A stretch of DNA of 53,982 bases, taken from a virus. Positions 1-8,667 of this stretch are shown one piece after another; position 1 is the stretch's first letter, and the number at the start of each line of letters is the position of its first letter. A program made the position numbers and the translations under genes. Under the pieces are notes generated by a model that saw only the letters and a list, made by a program, of their open reading frames with translations, did not search any database and was not told the origin of the DNA. Location of the stretch: IMG/VR virus record IMGVR_UViG_3300028840_003311; one strand, written 5' to 3'.

Positions 1-144
1 GTCGAGTACCACTTGCGGGCCACGTGGAACAGCGCAGACGACCAAGGTTATGACGATGAACAGGTCTTGGACACCGTAGCAGAGGGCGTCGAGGACGGCT
101 CCTTGGTCGTCAACGAGGATACGAATCGGACCTGGACAGTAGAA
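1..144. repeat. Terminal redundancy: bases 1-144 are identical to 53839-53982 (closed circular or circularly permuted assembly, or a short direct terminal repeat)
   Basis: Manual comparison of the first and last 144 nt found them identical. An ORF reads through the junction without a stop. Confidence 0.9.
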
Positions 145-1260
145 AGCAACTGGGCAAAACTCGTCTCTACGGGCGGCTCTTGGGGCTTGAGCTCTCTCAT
201 TGAGCCGGATGGCATGAGCAGGAGTTTGGGCCTGGGCCTGCTGTGCGATATGAAATCCTCAACAAATGGCATTGGCATGCTGACCTGGCTGAACACGGCC
301 ACGCCAACAAACGAACATAGCGCCAGCCAGCACGGCGCGGACATTGTCAATCAATCTAGCATCACCTACAGATGCTACGACGGGGTGGCATACCGCAGCC
401 AGCAGATAGGCGAATACTCGAGCGGTGACACGCTGCATCTAGCCATAGTTCTCGGGGGATACGATTCCAACGGTGTCCCTTGGCGAGACGGCGAGACGGC
501 ATCCAGCTACCTGTATGGCGCGGCGGTGTTTGCCAAGTCCACTACATACGCAGCTTGGACCCTGCTATGGAGGGCCGTGAGGCCAAACACATCCACTCTA
601 TATGCGGGCGTAGCTCGGTATAGCTCAGGAACGCACTACTACAAAAACATGCGCGTCCCCGACGTCGACTTGAGTGACGTTCTCCAGCCGACCTGTCTGA
701 GCACGTTCGATGCATCAAATGGAACAGGGCTGGACGCCATAACGCCCGAGGTCGGCGGGACGTGGACGGAGCAGAGCGGGAATTGGGAGATTCAAGGCAA
801 CCGGGCTGTTGCCGATCAGGATTCCGTGACTGCGACCGTGAGTTCCGGTATCGCAGATGTGGTTTGTGACGTGGAGGTGTTCATGCCGTCTGGGGCGCGT
901 TCGGCCCTGGTTTTTCGGCTGTCTGATAGCACAAACTACTGGCACTTATCGCTCAGGAATCCAGATGATGATGTGCGGCTGATAGAGACCGTTGACGCCG
1001 TTAGCACGACAAGAGCGTCATCGGCGTTTACAGTGACCGACGACCAAACGTATGCACTGAGAGTTACTGCTGACGGGCAAGACATCCAGGGGTATGCTGA
1101 TGAGAGCACACGGCTGGCCTATGCGTCGGCCTCGTTCAACGAGACAGCAACATTGCACGGTCTCCGGCGAGATGCAGGGGTGAACACGCAAGCGTGGGAC
1201 AAGTTTGCTGTCTACCCACGTACAAGCACGACCTACGACACGGCTCTGGACGCAGTATAG
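1..1260 (+). CDS. Head-module structural protein with C-terminal ConA/LamG-like jelly-roll signature (3' part; the ORF starts at ATG 53755 and continues through the junction)
   Basis: Open frame is continuous with 53755-53982. C-terminal segment GNWEIQGNRAVA...YWHLSLR...YALRVTADGQDIQGY resembles lectin/LamG folds. Stop at 1258-1260. Confidence 0.6.
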   Translation, partial: VEYHLRATWNSADDQGYDDEQVLDTVAEGVEDGSLVVNEDTNRTWTVESNWAKLVSTGGSWGLSSLIEPDGMSRSLGLGLLCDMKSSTNGIGMLTWLNTATPTNEHSASQHGADIVNQSSITYRCYDGVAYRSQQIGEYSSGDTLHLAIVLGGYDSNGVPWRDGETASSYLYGAAVFAKSTTYAAWTLLWRAVRPNTSTLYAGVARYSSGTHYYKNMRVPDVDLSDVLQPTCLSTFDASNGTGLDAITPEVGGTWTEQSGNWEIQGNRAVADQDSVTATVSSGIADVVCDVEVFMPSGARSALVFRLSDSTNYWHLSLRNPDDDVRLIETVDAVSTTRASSAFTVTDDQTYALRVTADGQDIQGYADESTRLAYASASFNETATLHGLRRDAGVNTQAWDKFAVYPRTSTTYDTALDAV

Positions 1261-1268
1261 GAGGAAAC

Positions 1269-1862
1269 ATGGTAAAGGTTTTTTGGCTCTTTGCGGCGCG
1301 AGACGGAAGCGGGACGGACGGCGATCCCTACCGCCCTCACTTGCCCCCTGGCGTGGGCGGGCGGTGGACGTGTCCGGGGGACGTTCGCAGGCTTACAGGG
1401 CCGACAGCCGCCCCTCATGTCCATCTTCTGGCGGGCGGCATCGCCTTGCCAGATGATAACCTGGCGGGCCAGACCGGGGAGGGCCATCACCACTATCTAG
1501 TGGAGGGCGTCTTAGTCACCGTCAACGGGCCAGAGCATTCCCACGACATAGACGCTGCTCCGGCGTTCTACCTGCTACATTGGGGCGGCGCTGACTCGGA
1601 CGCGGTGGCCATCGCACAGGATGGCCAGTGTTACCCTGTGGTAGAAAACGACGTCACCGTCGACGATTCCGGCACTCACGTGGGCGCATTAAAGGACGGA
1701 TGGGCTACGGGGGATGCTGAGATCTGGGCCAGCCGGATGTTGAACATGCTGGGCGTCTCTATGCCTGTTGAGGTGGACAGCGGGCGCCGGTTGGTAAAGT
1801 TGTTCTTGGGCGCCCTACTGTCTCGTGTGACCAGCGATGTCCAAGTGTACGGATTGAGGTAA
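1269..1862 (+). CDS. Hypothetical structural-module protein
   Basis: ATG at 1269 preceded by TAGGAGGAAAC. The track ORF 1194-1862 is trimmed to this start. It lies between co-directional structural genes. Confidence 0.6.
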   Translation: MVKVFWLFAARDGSGTDGDPYRPHLPPGVGGRWTCPGDVRRLTGPTAAPHVHLLAGGIALPDDNLAGQTGEGHHHYLVEGVLVTVNGPEHSHDIDAAPAFYLLHWGGADSDAVAIAQDGQCYPVVENDVTVDDSGTHVGALKDGWATGDAEIWASRMLNMLGVSMPVEVDSGRRLVKLFLGALLSRVTSDVQVYGLR

Positions 1863-1866
1863 GGCT

Positions 1867-2589
1867 ATGGCTAGTACAATTCCCCCTGTAAAGGGCCAGG
1901 CGTTCTCTTGTGAGGTCAGTCTGGTCAGCCAGGCAGACACAAACGTGTTCAAAACGTCCGTCACTTTGGCGGCGGGTGATGTGACTGTCCAGAAGGACGG
2001 AGGCACGCCAGCAAACATAGCCACGTTGCCAACCGAGTCGGGAAGCACGGGCATTCTGACCGTCGCGCTTTCGACAAGCGAGATGAACGCAGACCGGGTT
2101 ACCGTTCGCTTTCACGACGCGTCCGGGAGCGAATGGCAAGACCTGCTTGTCCACATTCAGACAGCCGCCCAAACGCACGATACGACAGATGCAGCCGTGG
2201 ACGCTATCGCCTCGGCGGCATTGGACGCCGCGGGCGTGCGGTCGGCCGTAGGCCTGGCCTCCGCAAACCTGGACACCCAGATAGGCTTACTGGCAACCGC
2301 TGCCGCGGTGGCCGCTTTGAACGATCTAAGCACGGCGGACGTGAACGCCCAGGTTGTAGACGCCCTGGCAACGGACACATATGCGGAGCCTGGCCAAGGC
2401 GCGCCTGCCGCGACAGCGTCTTTGAGCACCAAGCTCGGGTATCTGTACAAGGTTATGCGGAACAAGCTGACCCAAACGGCTACCCAACTGTCCATCTACA
2501 ATGACGCGGGCGATACGGTGGACCAAAAGGCGACCACGAGTGACGACGGAACCACGTTCACCAGGGGCGAGATCGAGAGCGGGCCGTGA
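1867..2589 (+). CDS. Hypothetical structural protein (beta-rich N-terminus, Ala-rich centre)
   Basis: ATG 1867 after GAGGTAAGG. The stop overlaps the next start (GTGA at 2586-2589). Confidence 0.65.
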   Translation: MASTIPPVKGQAFSCEVSLVSQADTNVFKTSVTLAAGDVTVQKDGGTPANIATLPTESGSTGILTVALSTSEMNADRVTVRFHDASGSEWQDLLVHIQTAAQTHDTTDAAVDAIASAALDAAGVRSAVGLASANLDTQIGLLATAAAVAALNDLSTADVNAQVVDALATDTYAEPGQGAPAATASLSTKLGYLYKVMRNKLTQTATQLSIYNDAGDTVDQKATTSDDGTTFTRGEIESGP

Positions 2590-2807
2590 GTATCGACACA
2601 AGGGCAAAGCGCGCGTCCGCAGCCCAAGTTTTGCGGACCTATGGCCTGGCCCTCCCGGCTCCAACCGGATCGGTCGGCGCCGGGGACCGAAAGCATGTGG
2701 CGTGGTGCTATGTTGGCGATGGGCTAGTGTATACCAGTGCAGGCCCGGACATCCGCCAAGCCCATGATGTGCCTGCGCCAATTCTTAGAGAGGCAAGGGT
2801 GATATGA
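2586..2807 (+). CDS. Small hypothetical protein
   Basis: GTG start overlaps the upstream stop, and its own stop overlaps the next ATG (ATGA at 2804-2807). Confidence 0.5.
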   Translation: MSIDTRAKRASAAQVLRTYGLALPAPTGSVGAGDRKHVAWCYVGDGLVYTSAGPDIRQAHDVPAPILREARVI

Positions 2808-3685
2808 TTCGGCTAGAAATCACCGTAGCGGAAATTGGCCAGCTATTGGACCAGGGCTACACGCACATCCGCGTCTACACAGATTCCACGGCCGATGGCG
2901 CCTTTTCGACGCTGGACGGGTCCGTCGCCCTGGTAGCTGAAACCACTGGTTACAGCTACATTGATACGGACGGTGACAGTTCAACTTACTACAAGTCCGC
3001 CTTCTATGGCGCGGCTACGGGCGAGAGCGCCAAAAGCGACAGCCAGCAAGGCGCGACCATTGACGCCTATGTGTCCGCCTATGCGGTTCGGCAAGAGCTC
3101 AGCGTGGGGAGCGGGAAGGCCGCTATTGGCGGTAAGTGGGAACACGTGCTATGGAACATGGCTGTGGAGGCCTCTCGCCTTGTCGATAGCTACCGGTCTC
3201 TTGAGGACGGCGCCTACATGGCTACAGCATCATCCGCCAGGCTCATTGATGGCAACGGAGCAGTGAGGCTCAAGCTCCCCTGGCCAGCCGTCAGCGTCAG
3301 CCTAGTGGAGGTAGAAGAGACAGACGGAACGTTCACGGAATGGACGCTCAACCAGGACTACCTTCTCTTTCCGCGAAACGCCATTGCCGGGCGCCCATAC
3401 AGACGCGTGGATGTGAATCCAAAAAGTGGAACGACCAAGAGCGTATGGACCTATGGCCCATCCCGTGTTCGCGTAACGGCAGTGTGGGGCGTCTCCGCGA
3501 CTCCGCCTGACCTGATTGTGCGGGCGGTCAAGGTCCAATGCGCCATCTGGTATAAGATGGCTATGACCGGGTGGAGCGCCAGTTCGGGCGCCCAGGAGCT
3601 CGGCATGCTGGACTACCCCCGTAAGCTGGACCCTGCCGTCAAGCAGATGGTGGCCAAGGCGCCTCCCAGGGGCGCCAGGCTGTAA
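2804..3685 (+). CDS. Head-tail connector/adaptor-like protein
   Basis: Called from its position before the gp10-like gene and a C-terminal region resembling gp6-type connectors. The call is positional and weak. Confidence 0.45.
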   Translation: MIRLEITVAEIGQLLDQGYTHIRVYTDSTADGAFSTLDGSVALVAETTGYSYIDTDGDSSTYYKSAFYGAATGESAKSDSQQGATIDAYVSAYAVRQELSVGSGKAAIGGKWEHVLWNMAVEASRLVDSYRSLEDGAYMATASSARLIDGNGAVRLKLPWPAVSVSLVEVEETDGTFTEWTLNQDYLLFPRNAIAGRPYRRVDVNPKSGTTKSVWTYGPSRVRVTAVWGVSATPPDLIVRAVKVQCAIWYKMAMTGWSASSGAQELGMLDYPRKLDPAVKQMVAKAPPRGARL

Positions 3686-3713
3686 AAACCGCGGGTTTTG
3701 AGCAAAAACACGT

Positions 3714-3801
3714 CTGAGTGTCAAGTGACCATATCATAACGTATCTCAGAATGAGCGTGGATATTCAAAGGAGGGGTTACTGTGCGACGTCCTGGGGATT
3801 T
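3714..3801 (+). repeat. Copy A of a perfect 88-bp inverted repeat (partner 35854-35941)
   Basis: Manual reverse-complement comparison gave 88/88 identity. Intergenic. Contains AAAGGAGGGG-N5-GTG (GTG at 3782). Confidence 0.9.
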
Positions 3802-3854
3802 GTCCGCAAAAAAGCAGGGGCGGGACATTCTAAACCAAAACCTGGGAGCGCCTT

Positions 3855-4379
3855 GTGGCCAGTGACAGTATAGCTGTCAACTATGTCGTAGACGCTTACG
3901 ACGTGGAGCAGTTCGCGAAGGTGCTAAAGCGGTACCCGGACATCGCGCGGGCCGTCATCAAGGACACGATGGCCTCCAGCGTGGTTTATGTCATCAGCCG
4001 CATACAACCCTTGACGCCGGTCAACACGGGCGCCCTGAGAAATTCCATCAGTGGGTTTGTGGAAGAACTGACCGTTATCGGCTCGGTCGGTGGCGTGGTA
4101 CGCGGGATCGTAGAATCTGACATGGAGTACGCCCAGGCCGTGGAAATGGGAACAGATCCCCACTGGGTCCCCATCGAACCATTGAAGCGGTGGGCACACC
4201 TTGTCCTTGGCGACGAGAGCGCGGCTTACGCGGTGCAGGCCAAAATCGCGCGGGTCGGGACAGTGGGCTACGGCATGTTTGCGTTCGGGTGGCGCGAGGC
4301 TCAGCCCTGGGTGGCCGCCCGGTTTGACCAAGCTTTGTACAAGATTGTACAGAAAGTGGCCGCAGAAAATGACCACTAG
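3855..4379 (+). CDS. HK97 gp10-like head-tail joining protein
   Basis: GTG start after GGGAG. Motifs NTGALRNSI and MEYAQAVEMGT resemble the HK97 gp10 family. Position is between connector and tail genes. Confidence 0.6.
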   Translation: MASDSIAVNYVVDAYDVEQFAKVLKRYPDIARAVIKDTMASSVVYVISRIQPLTPVNTGALRNSISGFVEELTVIGSVGGVVRGIVESDMEYAQAVEMGTDPHWVPIEPLKRWAHLVLGDESAAYAVQAKIARVGTVGYGMFAFGWREAQPWVAARFDQALYKIVQKVAAENDH

Positions 4380-4797
4380 GACGACAGACGAACTGGATGA
4401 TTTTTTCATTGCCCTACAAGCGTTACTGGGTGGCATCACGGGCGTGCAGCAGGCTGTGGAGAATCCCCCGGAGGGCCTGGGTGACCCACCGATGGCTATG
4501 GCTTATGTGGTCTACTGGACGCCAGCCTCCAACTCCTTGGTGGTTTACCGTGTCCACGCAGAGATCATCCTGGCGCGGTCCTCTCTGCCGGATGACATGG
4601 TGGCCGCGCGGCCTTTTGTTCTAAAGGGCCTGGCGGCATTCGCTGATGATGTGTACGTGGGCGGGACATGTCAGTACTGTATGGTGGTAAGAGGGGTAGG
4701 CCCTGGCCCCATAAAATGGCAGGGACAAGAATACTTTGGAGTGAGGTTTGAGCTAGATGTCAAAATCGACCACAAGGACACCTTTACGTTCTTCTAG
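4369..4797 (+). CDS. Neck/tail-terminator-position hypothetical protein
   Basis: ATG 4369 overlaps the upstream stop by 11 nt. Track ORF 4201-4797 trimmed to this start. Confidence 0.5.
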   Translation: MTTRTTDELDDFFIALQALLGGITGVQQAVENPPEGLGDPPMAMAYVVYWTPASNSLVVYRVHAEIILARSSLPDDMVAARPFVLKGLAAFADDVYVGGTCQYCMVVRGVGPGPIKWQGQEYFGVRFELDVKIDHKDTFTFF

Positions 4798-4987
4798 GGT
4801 TTGGGCGCGCTATGTAGGCACGCCTGAACACCGCGCGGTCCCAGGCGTCCCCGCCCGCGACCTCTCCGCGGAAGAGGTGGAGCGGTACGGAGGCGAGGCG
4901 GTCCTGGCCAACGCTCAATGCTGGGAGTTTGTCCCGGTAGAGGAAAAAGGCGCCCAGGGCGCCGAAGGAGACGACGATGGGAGTTGA
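4757..4987 (+). CDS. Small hypothetical protein
   Basis: ATG 4757 after GGAGTGAGG. It overlaps both neighbours, so coding status is uncertain. Confidence 0.35.
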   Translation: MSKSTTRTPLRSSRVWARYVGTPEHRAVPGVPARDLSAEEVERYGGEAVLANAQCWEFVPVEEKGAQGAEGDDDGS

Positions 4988-5993
4988 GGTACTCAAGTTT
5001 AATCAGTACGGCCTGGAATCCGTCCACGGAACGCATGTGGCCGCGGACACCAAGCTGGGCGTCACAATGGGCCTTCCCTCAAGCGACCGAGAACAGGTTA
5101 TCCCTCAAATGGAGCTTGGCGTCAGGATGGCCAACTACCTGGACGCTGCCTACTGCAAGCGCGTCCTGGCAGATGGTATCTCGCTCGAGTGCAACGCGGG
5201 CGCCTACTTTGAGATCCTGCCCTTGATTTTCAGCCTGGGCCTGCGGGGAGGCATCTCACCCAGCGCGGGCGGGAGCGGCGACTACACGTGGGAGTTTGCA
5301 GTCAACCAGACCGGCACCGTGGACGTGGACACGGCAACCTTTGAGTGCTCGGACGATGTCCAGGCCTACGAGGTGGGCCACGTGTTCGCCAAGACCATCA
5401 ACATGTCCGGCGTGTCCGATGAAGGGGATGTCACCCTGCGGTCAGACCTATGCGGAGACAAGGTCACGCAAACCACGGCTACGGGCGCTATCAGCCTCCC
5501 CACGGTCAACATGATGGTGGGCAAAAAGAGCCGGGTGTATGTGGATAGCTCCTGGGCTAACCTGGGCAACACCGAGCTGGCCAACGGTCTCGTTTCCTGG
5601 GAATTGAACATTGATACGGGCGTTCACGAAAAACTGTGGGGAAGCGCACAGATGGAGCTAGACGACCATCAGCAGGGCTTTGTTGGCGGCAGCCTGGTTA
5701 TGACGTTTGAAAGAAACTCGGCATTGGCCAGCGAGGAATTGAACTACAGGCCCACGTCCACCTACAGCGGAACGACGCGGTTTGTGCGACTTGTGAACAC
5801 GGGTCCCCTGATTGGTGGCGGCGCCTACCATACCCTTACCGTCGACATGGCTGGGCAATGGCAGGACTGGGGCGCGATGGGCACCAGCAAAAACGGCAAC
5901 ACCTTGGACGTGGCAACCCTGACGTTCGGCTATGACGCAACGGGCGCCCAGGGCCTCCGGGTGGAAGTTGTAACGGGCGTCTCAGGCATCTAA
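4977..5993 (+). CDS. Major tail (tube) protein candidate
   Basis: ATG after GAAGGAG. The 338-aa beta-rich protein lies immediately upstream of the chaperone and tape-measure genes. Confidence 0.55.
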   Translation: MGVEVLKFNQYGLESVHGTHVAADTKLGVTMGLPSSDREQVIPQMELGVRMANYLDAAYCKRVLADGISLECNAGAYFEILPLIFSLGLRGGISPSAGGSGDYTWEFAVNQTGTVDVDTATFECSDDVQAYEVGHVFAKTINMSGVSDEGDVTLRSDLCGDKVTQTTATGAISLPTVNMMVGKKSRVYVDSSWANLGNTELANGLVSWELNIDTGVHEKLWGSAQMELDDHQQGFVGGSLVMTFERNSALASEELNYRPTSTYSGTTRFVRLVNTGPLIGGGAYHTLTVDMAGQWQDWGAMGTSKNGNTLDVATLTFGYDATGAQGLRVEVVTGVSGI

Positions 5994-6004
5994 AGGAGAG
6001 AACA

Positions 6005-6454
6005 GTGGCAACCAAGCAAAACAAACTCAGCATCATTGAGGCAGCAGGCTGCCTGCAGGATAGCGTCACGCTGGACATGGCGGAGCTCCACCCACAATAC
6101 GAGGGCGTCACCGTTGAAGTTTGGGTGACGCTTACCCGGTCCCACAAAGAGTGGTGGATAGCGAACAACAAATGGCGCGAAGCCCAGATTGCTGAGGGCA
6201 GGGAATCGCGCGACCAAATGCCGGAAGGGCCAGAGCGGGACGCTTACGATGTAGCCAGGGCGGAGGAAATCCGCCAAGGGTACAATGAGCGCATGGTCAA
6301 GTGGCTGGCTGTAACGTGGCTCGACTGGGAAGAGGAACATGTCCGCGAGTTGTACAGGTTGCTGGACGAAAAGAATCCAATGGCGTGGGAGTGGCTTATA
6401 CAACAGACCGCGTTTGCCATTGGCGCCTATAGGGACGCGCGCATAAAAAACTAA
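6005..6454 (+). CDS. Tail assembly chaperone (G-like, zero-frame product)
   Basis: Position directly upstream of the tape measure. Ends ATA AAA AAC TAA, which carries a canonical slippery heptamer. Confidence 0.7.
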   Translation: MATKQNKLSIIEAAGCLQDSVTLDMAELHPQYEGVTVEVWVTLTRSHKEWWIANNKWREAQIAEGRESRDQMPEGPERDAYDVARAEEIRQGYNERMVKWLAVTWLDWEEEHVRELYRLLDEKNPMAWEWLIQQTAFAIGAYRDARIKN

Positions 6455-6693
6455 CACGGCGGCTGACGACCTATGCCCTGGGACACGGGAGATCCCAGCC
6501 GCCAGTTGATTGGTCACGCGTTGAATTGGCCAGGCAGCTCAATGCTGCCTTGGGCACGACTACTATAACGCCCTGGAACGTGGGGGACATTCCTGAAATA
6601 TGGCTTGACATTATCGTGGAAGGGATGGCCGTTCAGGAGGACGCTGCCAAGGTTCGGGCCGCCATTCAGGCGGCGAAAGCAGGCGCGCAATGA
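6005..6693 (+). CDS. Tail assembly chaperone GT-like fusion made by a -1 frameshift at 6445-6451
   Basis: The -1 frame is open for 80 codons from 6451 to TGA 6691-6693. That stop overlaps the tape-measure ATG at 6690 (ATGA). The extension reads like real protein (PWNVGDIPEIWLDIIVEGMAVQEDAAKVRAAIQAAK). Confidence 0.6.
6445..6451 (+). promoter_or_regulatory. -1 programmed ribosomal frameshift slippery site A_AAA_AAC
   Basis: The heptamer is in the correct zero-frame phase one codon before the stop. An 8-bp stem GGCGGCTG (6458-6465) / CAGCCGCC (6496-6503) begins 6 nt downstream. Confidence 0.6.
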
Positions 6694-8666
6694 CGGTAGA
6701 GCGACTACGCATCATTCTCGAAACAAAAGCCGAGGGAGACGGCTCGCAAAAGGCCAACAAGGGCTTGGAAGCTATTGGAAAAGCGGCCAAGTTTGCAGCG
6801 GGTGCCTTTGCGACTATCAAGAGCGCGGAAGCCGTCGTAGAGGTGGCCAAGGTGGGCGCCGAATCCAGACGCCAGCGCGGCGCCCTTGAAAACCTGGCAG
6901 AGGCGGCAGGGACAACGGGGGACGCCATTGTCAATGCCATGCAAGAGGCGTCTGACCTGACCATCGACAGATCGAATGCTATGGCAGCAGCAAACCGGGC
7001 CTTGGTGATGGAGGTGGCCAAAACACCGGAAGAGTTTGGCCGGATGACCAAGGTGGCTACGGCCTTGTCCCGCGCGATGGGCGAGGACGTCACCAAGGGT
7101 ATGGACGATTTTATGACCGCGGCAGCGCGCCAGTCGGTCATGATCGCGGACAATCTCGGCCTCACCATCTCACTGTCCCGGGCAAACGAGAACTACGCCC
7201 GAAAGCTGGGCGTTACCTCTGCCAGCCTCACGGACGCCCAAAAGAAGCAGGCATTCCTGAATGAAATGTTGGCCCAAGGCGAAGAAAAGATGCTCGCTTT
7301 GGGTGACAGCCTGGATGAAATGGCCAAGATCGAAATGATTACGGCCGCGGTGGAGGACGCCAAGACCGGTTTCGCTGAGCTCTTTGTGGAAATCGTGGGT
7401 GGCGTGGAGGGCGTCAAGGAACTCTCGAAACGAATGCGCGACCTGCCGCAGACATTCCGCCAGGTGGCCACGTTTGTGGGCGCGGGCGCCAAGGCCCTGG
7501 GCGGCTACCTCAAAACGGGCGACGAGTTTGTCCCGATGGCTGTCAGAATGGAGCGCGCGCAGTACGCCTTTAGCAATGCGATGCTAAAGGGCGCCGGTTT
7601 GCTGGACGACTACAGGCGCGGGACAGAAGAGTTACAGTATGCGCGCCTGGCGGGCCTTCCCACGTATCAGCAGGAGCAAGCGAACCTTGAAACGCTGAAC
7701 GCCCTGCGGGACGCCAGCGCGACGGGCCTGACGCGTTACTGGGATGCACAGAACCGTGTTCACGAAAGCGTGGGCGCCAGTACGGACAGCCTCACTCAGT
7801 ACCAAGCGGCGATTGCTGCCCAGGAGGCGGCAAGCTTGAGCGCCGTAGCCTCCGCGAATGCTATGGCGGAGGCCCAGGCCGCGGCCAATGACGCCATCCA
7901 GTACGGGATCAAGAGCAACCTTGAGCTAGCACAGAGCCTCAAGGGCGCGTCCGAGGTGGAGATTGTCGCGGCGGCCACGAAGCAGTTAGGTGGCGCCCTG
8001 GCCGAAGGGGACATCACAATCGACCAGTATAACACTGCCGTGGGTGAGATGAACAGCGCGTTCGGCTTCATGGATGAAGCGACCTTGAACCTGGCTACTC
8101 GCATGACAGCCCTGACCACGGGCGTCGCCGATGGGACGCTTGCCGCGGAGGACTACAGCGACAGCTTGGAAGTGGTCATCCAGATGCACGAGACGGAAAA
8201 GGGCCAGCTAGAAAAGTTCGGGGAGCTTCTGTCAACGGCCACGACGAAAACAGGAGAACAGACCTCCAGCCTGGGCGACCTGGCGGGCCAGGCTGGGACG
8301 ACCACGGGCAAAGTGAACGACCTGGGCGGCGCCCTGGACGCCCTGCCCAGCAACATTGATATCAAAATCAACTACAAGGTATCTTCTCCGCCTAGTCTGC
8401 CCAGCGATGTCCCAACCTATGCACAGGGGACATCTTTTGCGCCGGGTGGCTGGGCAGTGGTCGGGGAAAAGGGCGCCGAGCTTGTCCATCTGCCGCGCGG
8501 TAGCCAGGTGTTCAGCAACTCGGCGTCAGCCAGCATGGCCGGGCGCGGCGCAGTTACCGTGAATGTGTACAATACCATCATAGATCCAAACCCGGAGCGC
8601 CTTGTCCGCGACATAGAAGAGCACCTACAGCTAGTCAATAGGGCCTTGCCTCCTATAGGAGCATAA
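6690..8666 (+). CDS. Tape measure protein
   Basis: 658 aa, Ala-rich and helical, following the chaperone genes. Has the conserved C-terminal motif GGWAVVGEKGAELVHLPRGSQVF. Confidence 0.85.
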   Translation: MTVERLRIILETKAEGDGSQKANKGLEAIGKAAKFAAGAFATIKSAEAVVEVAKVGAESRRQRGALENLAEAAGTTGDAIVNAMQEASDLTIDRSNAMAAANRALVMEVAKTPEEFGRMTKVATALSRAMGEDVTKGMDDFMTAAARQSVMIADNLGLTISLSRANENYARKLGVTSASLTDAQKKQAFLNEMLAQGEEKMLALGDSLDEMAKIEMITAAVEDAKTGFAELFVEIVGGVEGVKELSKRMRDLPQTFRQVATFVGAGAKALGGYLKTGDEFVPMAVRMERAQYAFSNAMLKGAGLLDDYRRGTEELQYARLAGLPTYQQEQANLETLNALRDASATGLTRYWDAQNRVHESVGASTDSLTQYQAAIAAQEAASLSAVASANAMAEAQAAANDAIQYGIKSNLELAQSLKGASEVEIVAAATKQLGGALAEGDITIDQYNTAVGEMNSAFGFMDEATLNLATRMTALTTGVADGTLAAEDYSDSLEVVIQMHETEKGQLEKFGELLSTATTKTGEQTSSLGDLAGQAGTTTGKVNDLGGALDALPSNIDIKINYKVSSPPSLPSDVPTYAQGTSFAPGGWAVVGEKGAELVHLPRGSQVFSNSASASMAGRGAVTVNVYNTIIDPNPERLVRDIEEHLQLVNRALPPIGA

Positions 8667-8667
8667 C

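Noticed and set aside
3683-3700. AAAACC-GCG-GGTTTT hairpin after the connector gene as a terminator
   Set aside because: It has only 6 mostly A-T base pairs and a 3-nt loop, too weak to call.
6605-6889. 94-aa + ORF bridging the chaperone/tape-measure gap
   Set aside because: It is in a different frame from both the -1 GT extension and the tape measure, is Arg-rich, and has no RBS. The gap is explained by the frameshift product.
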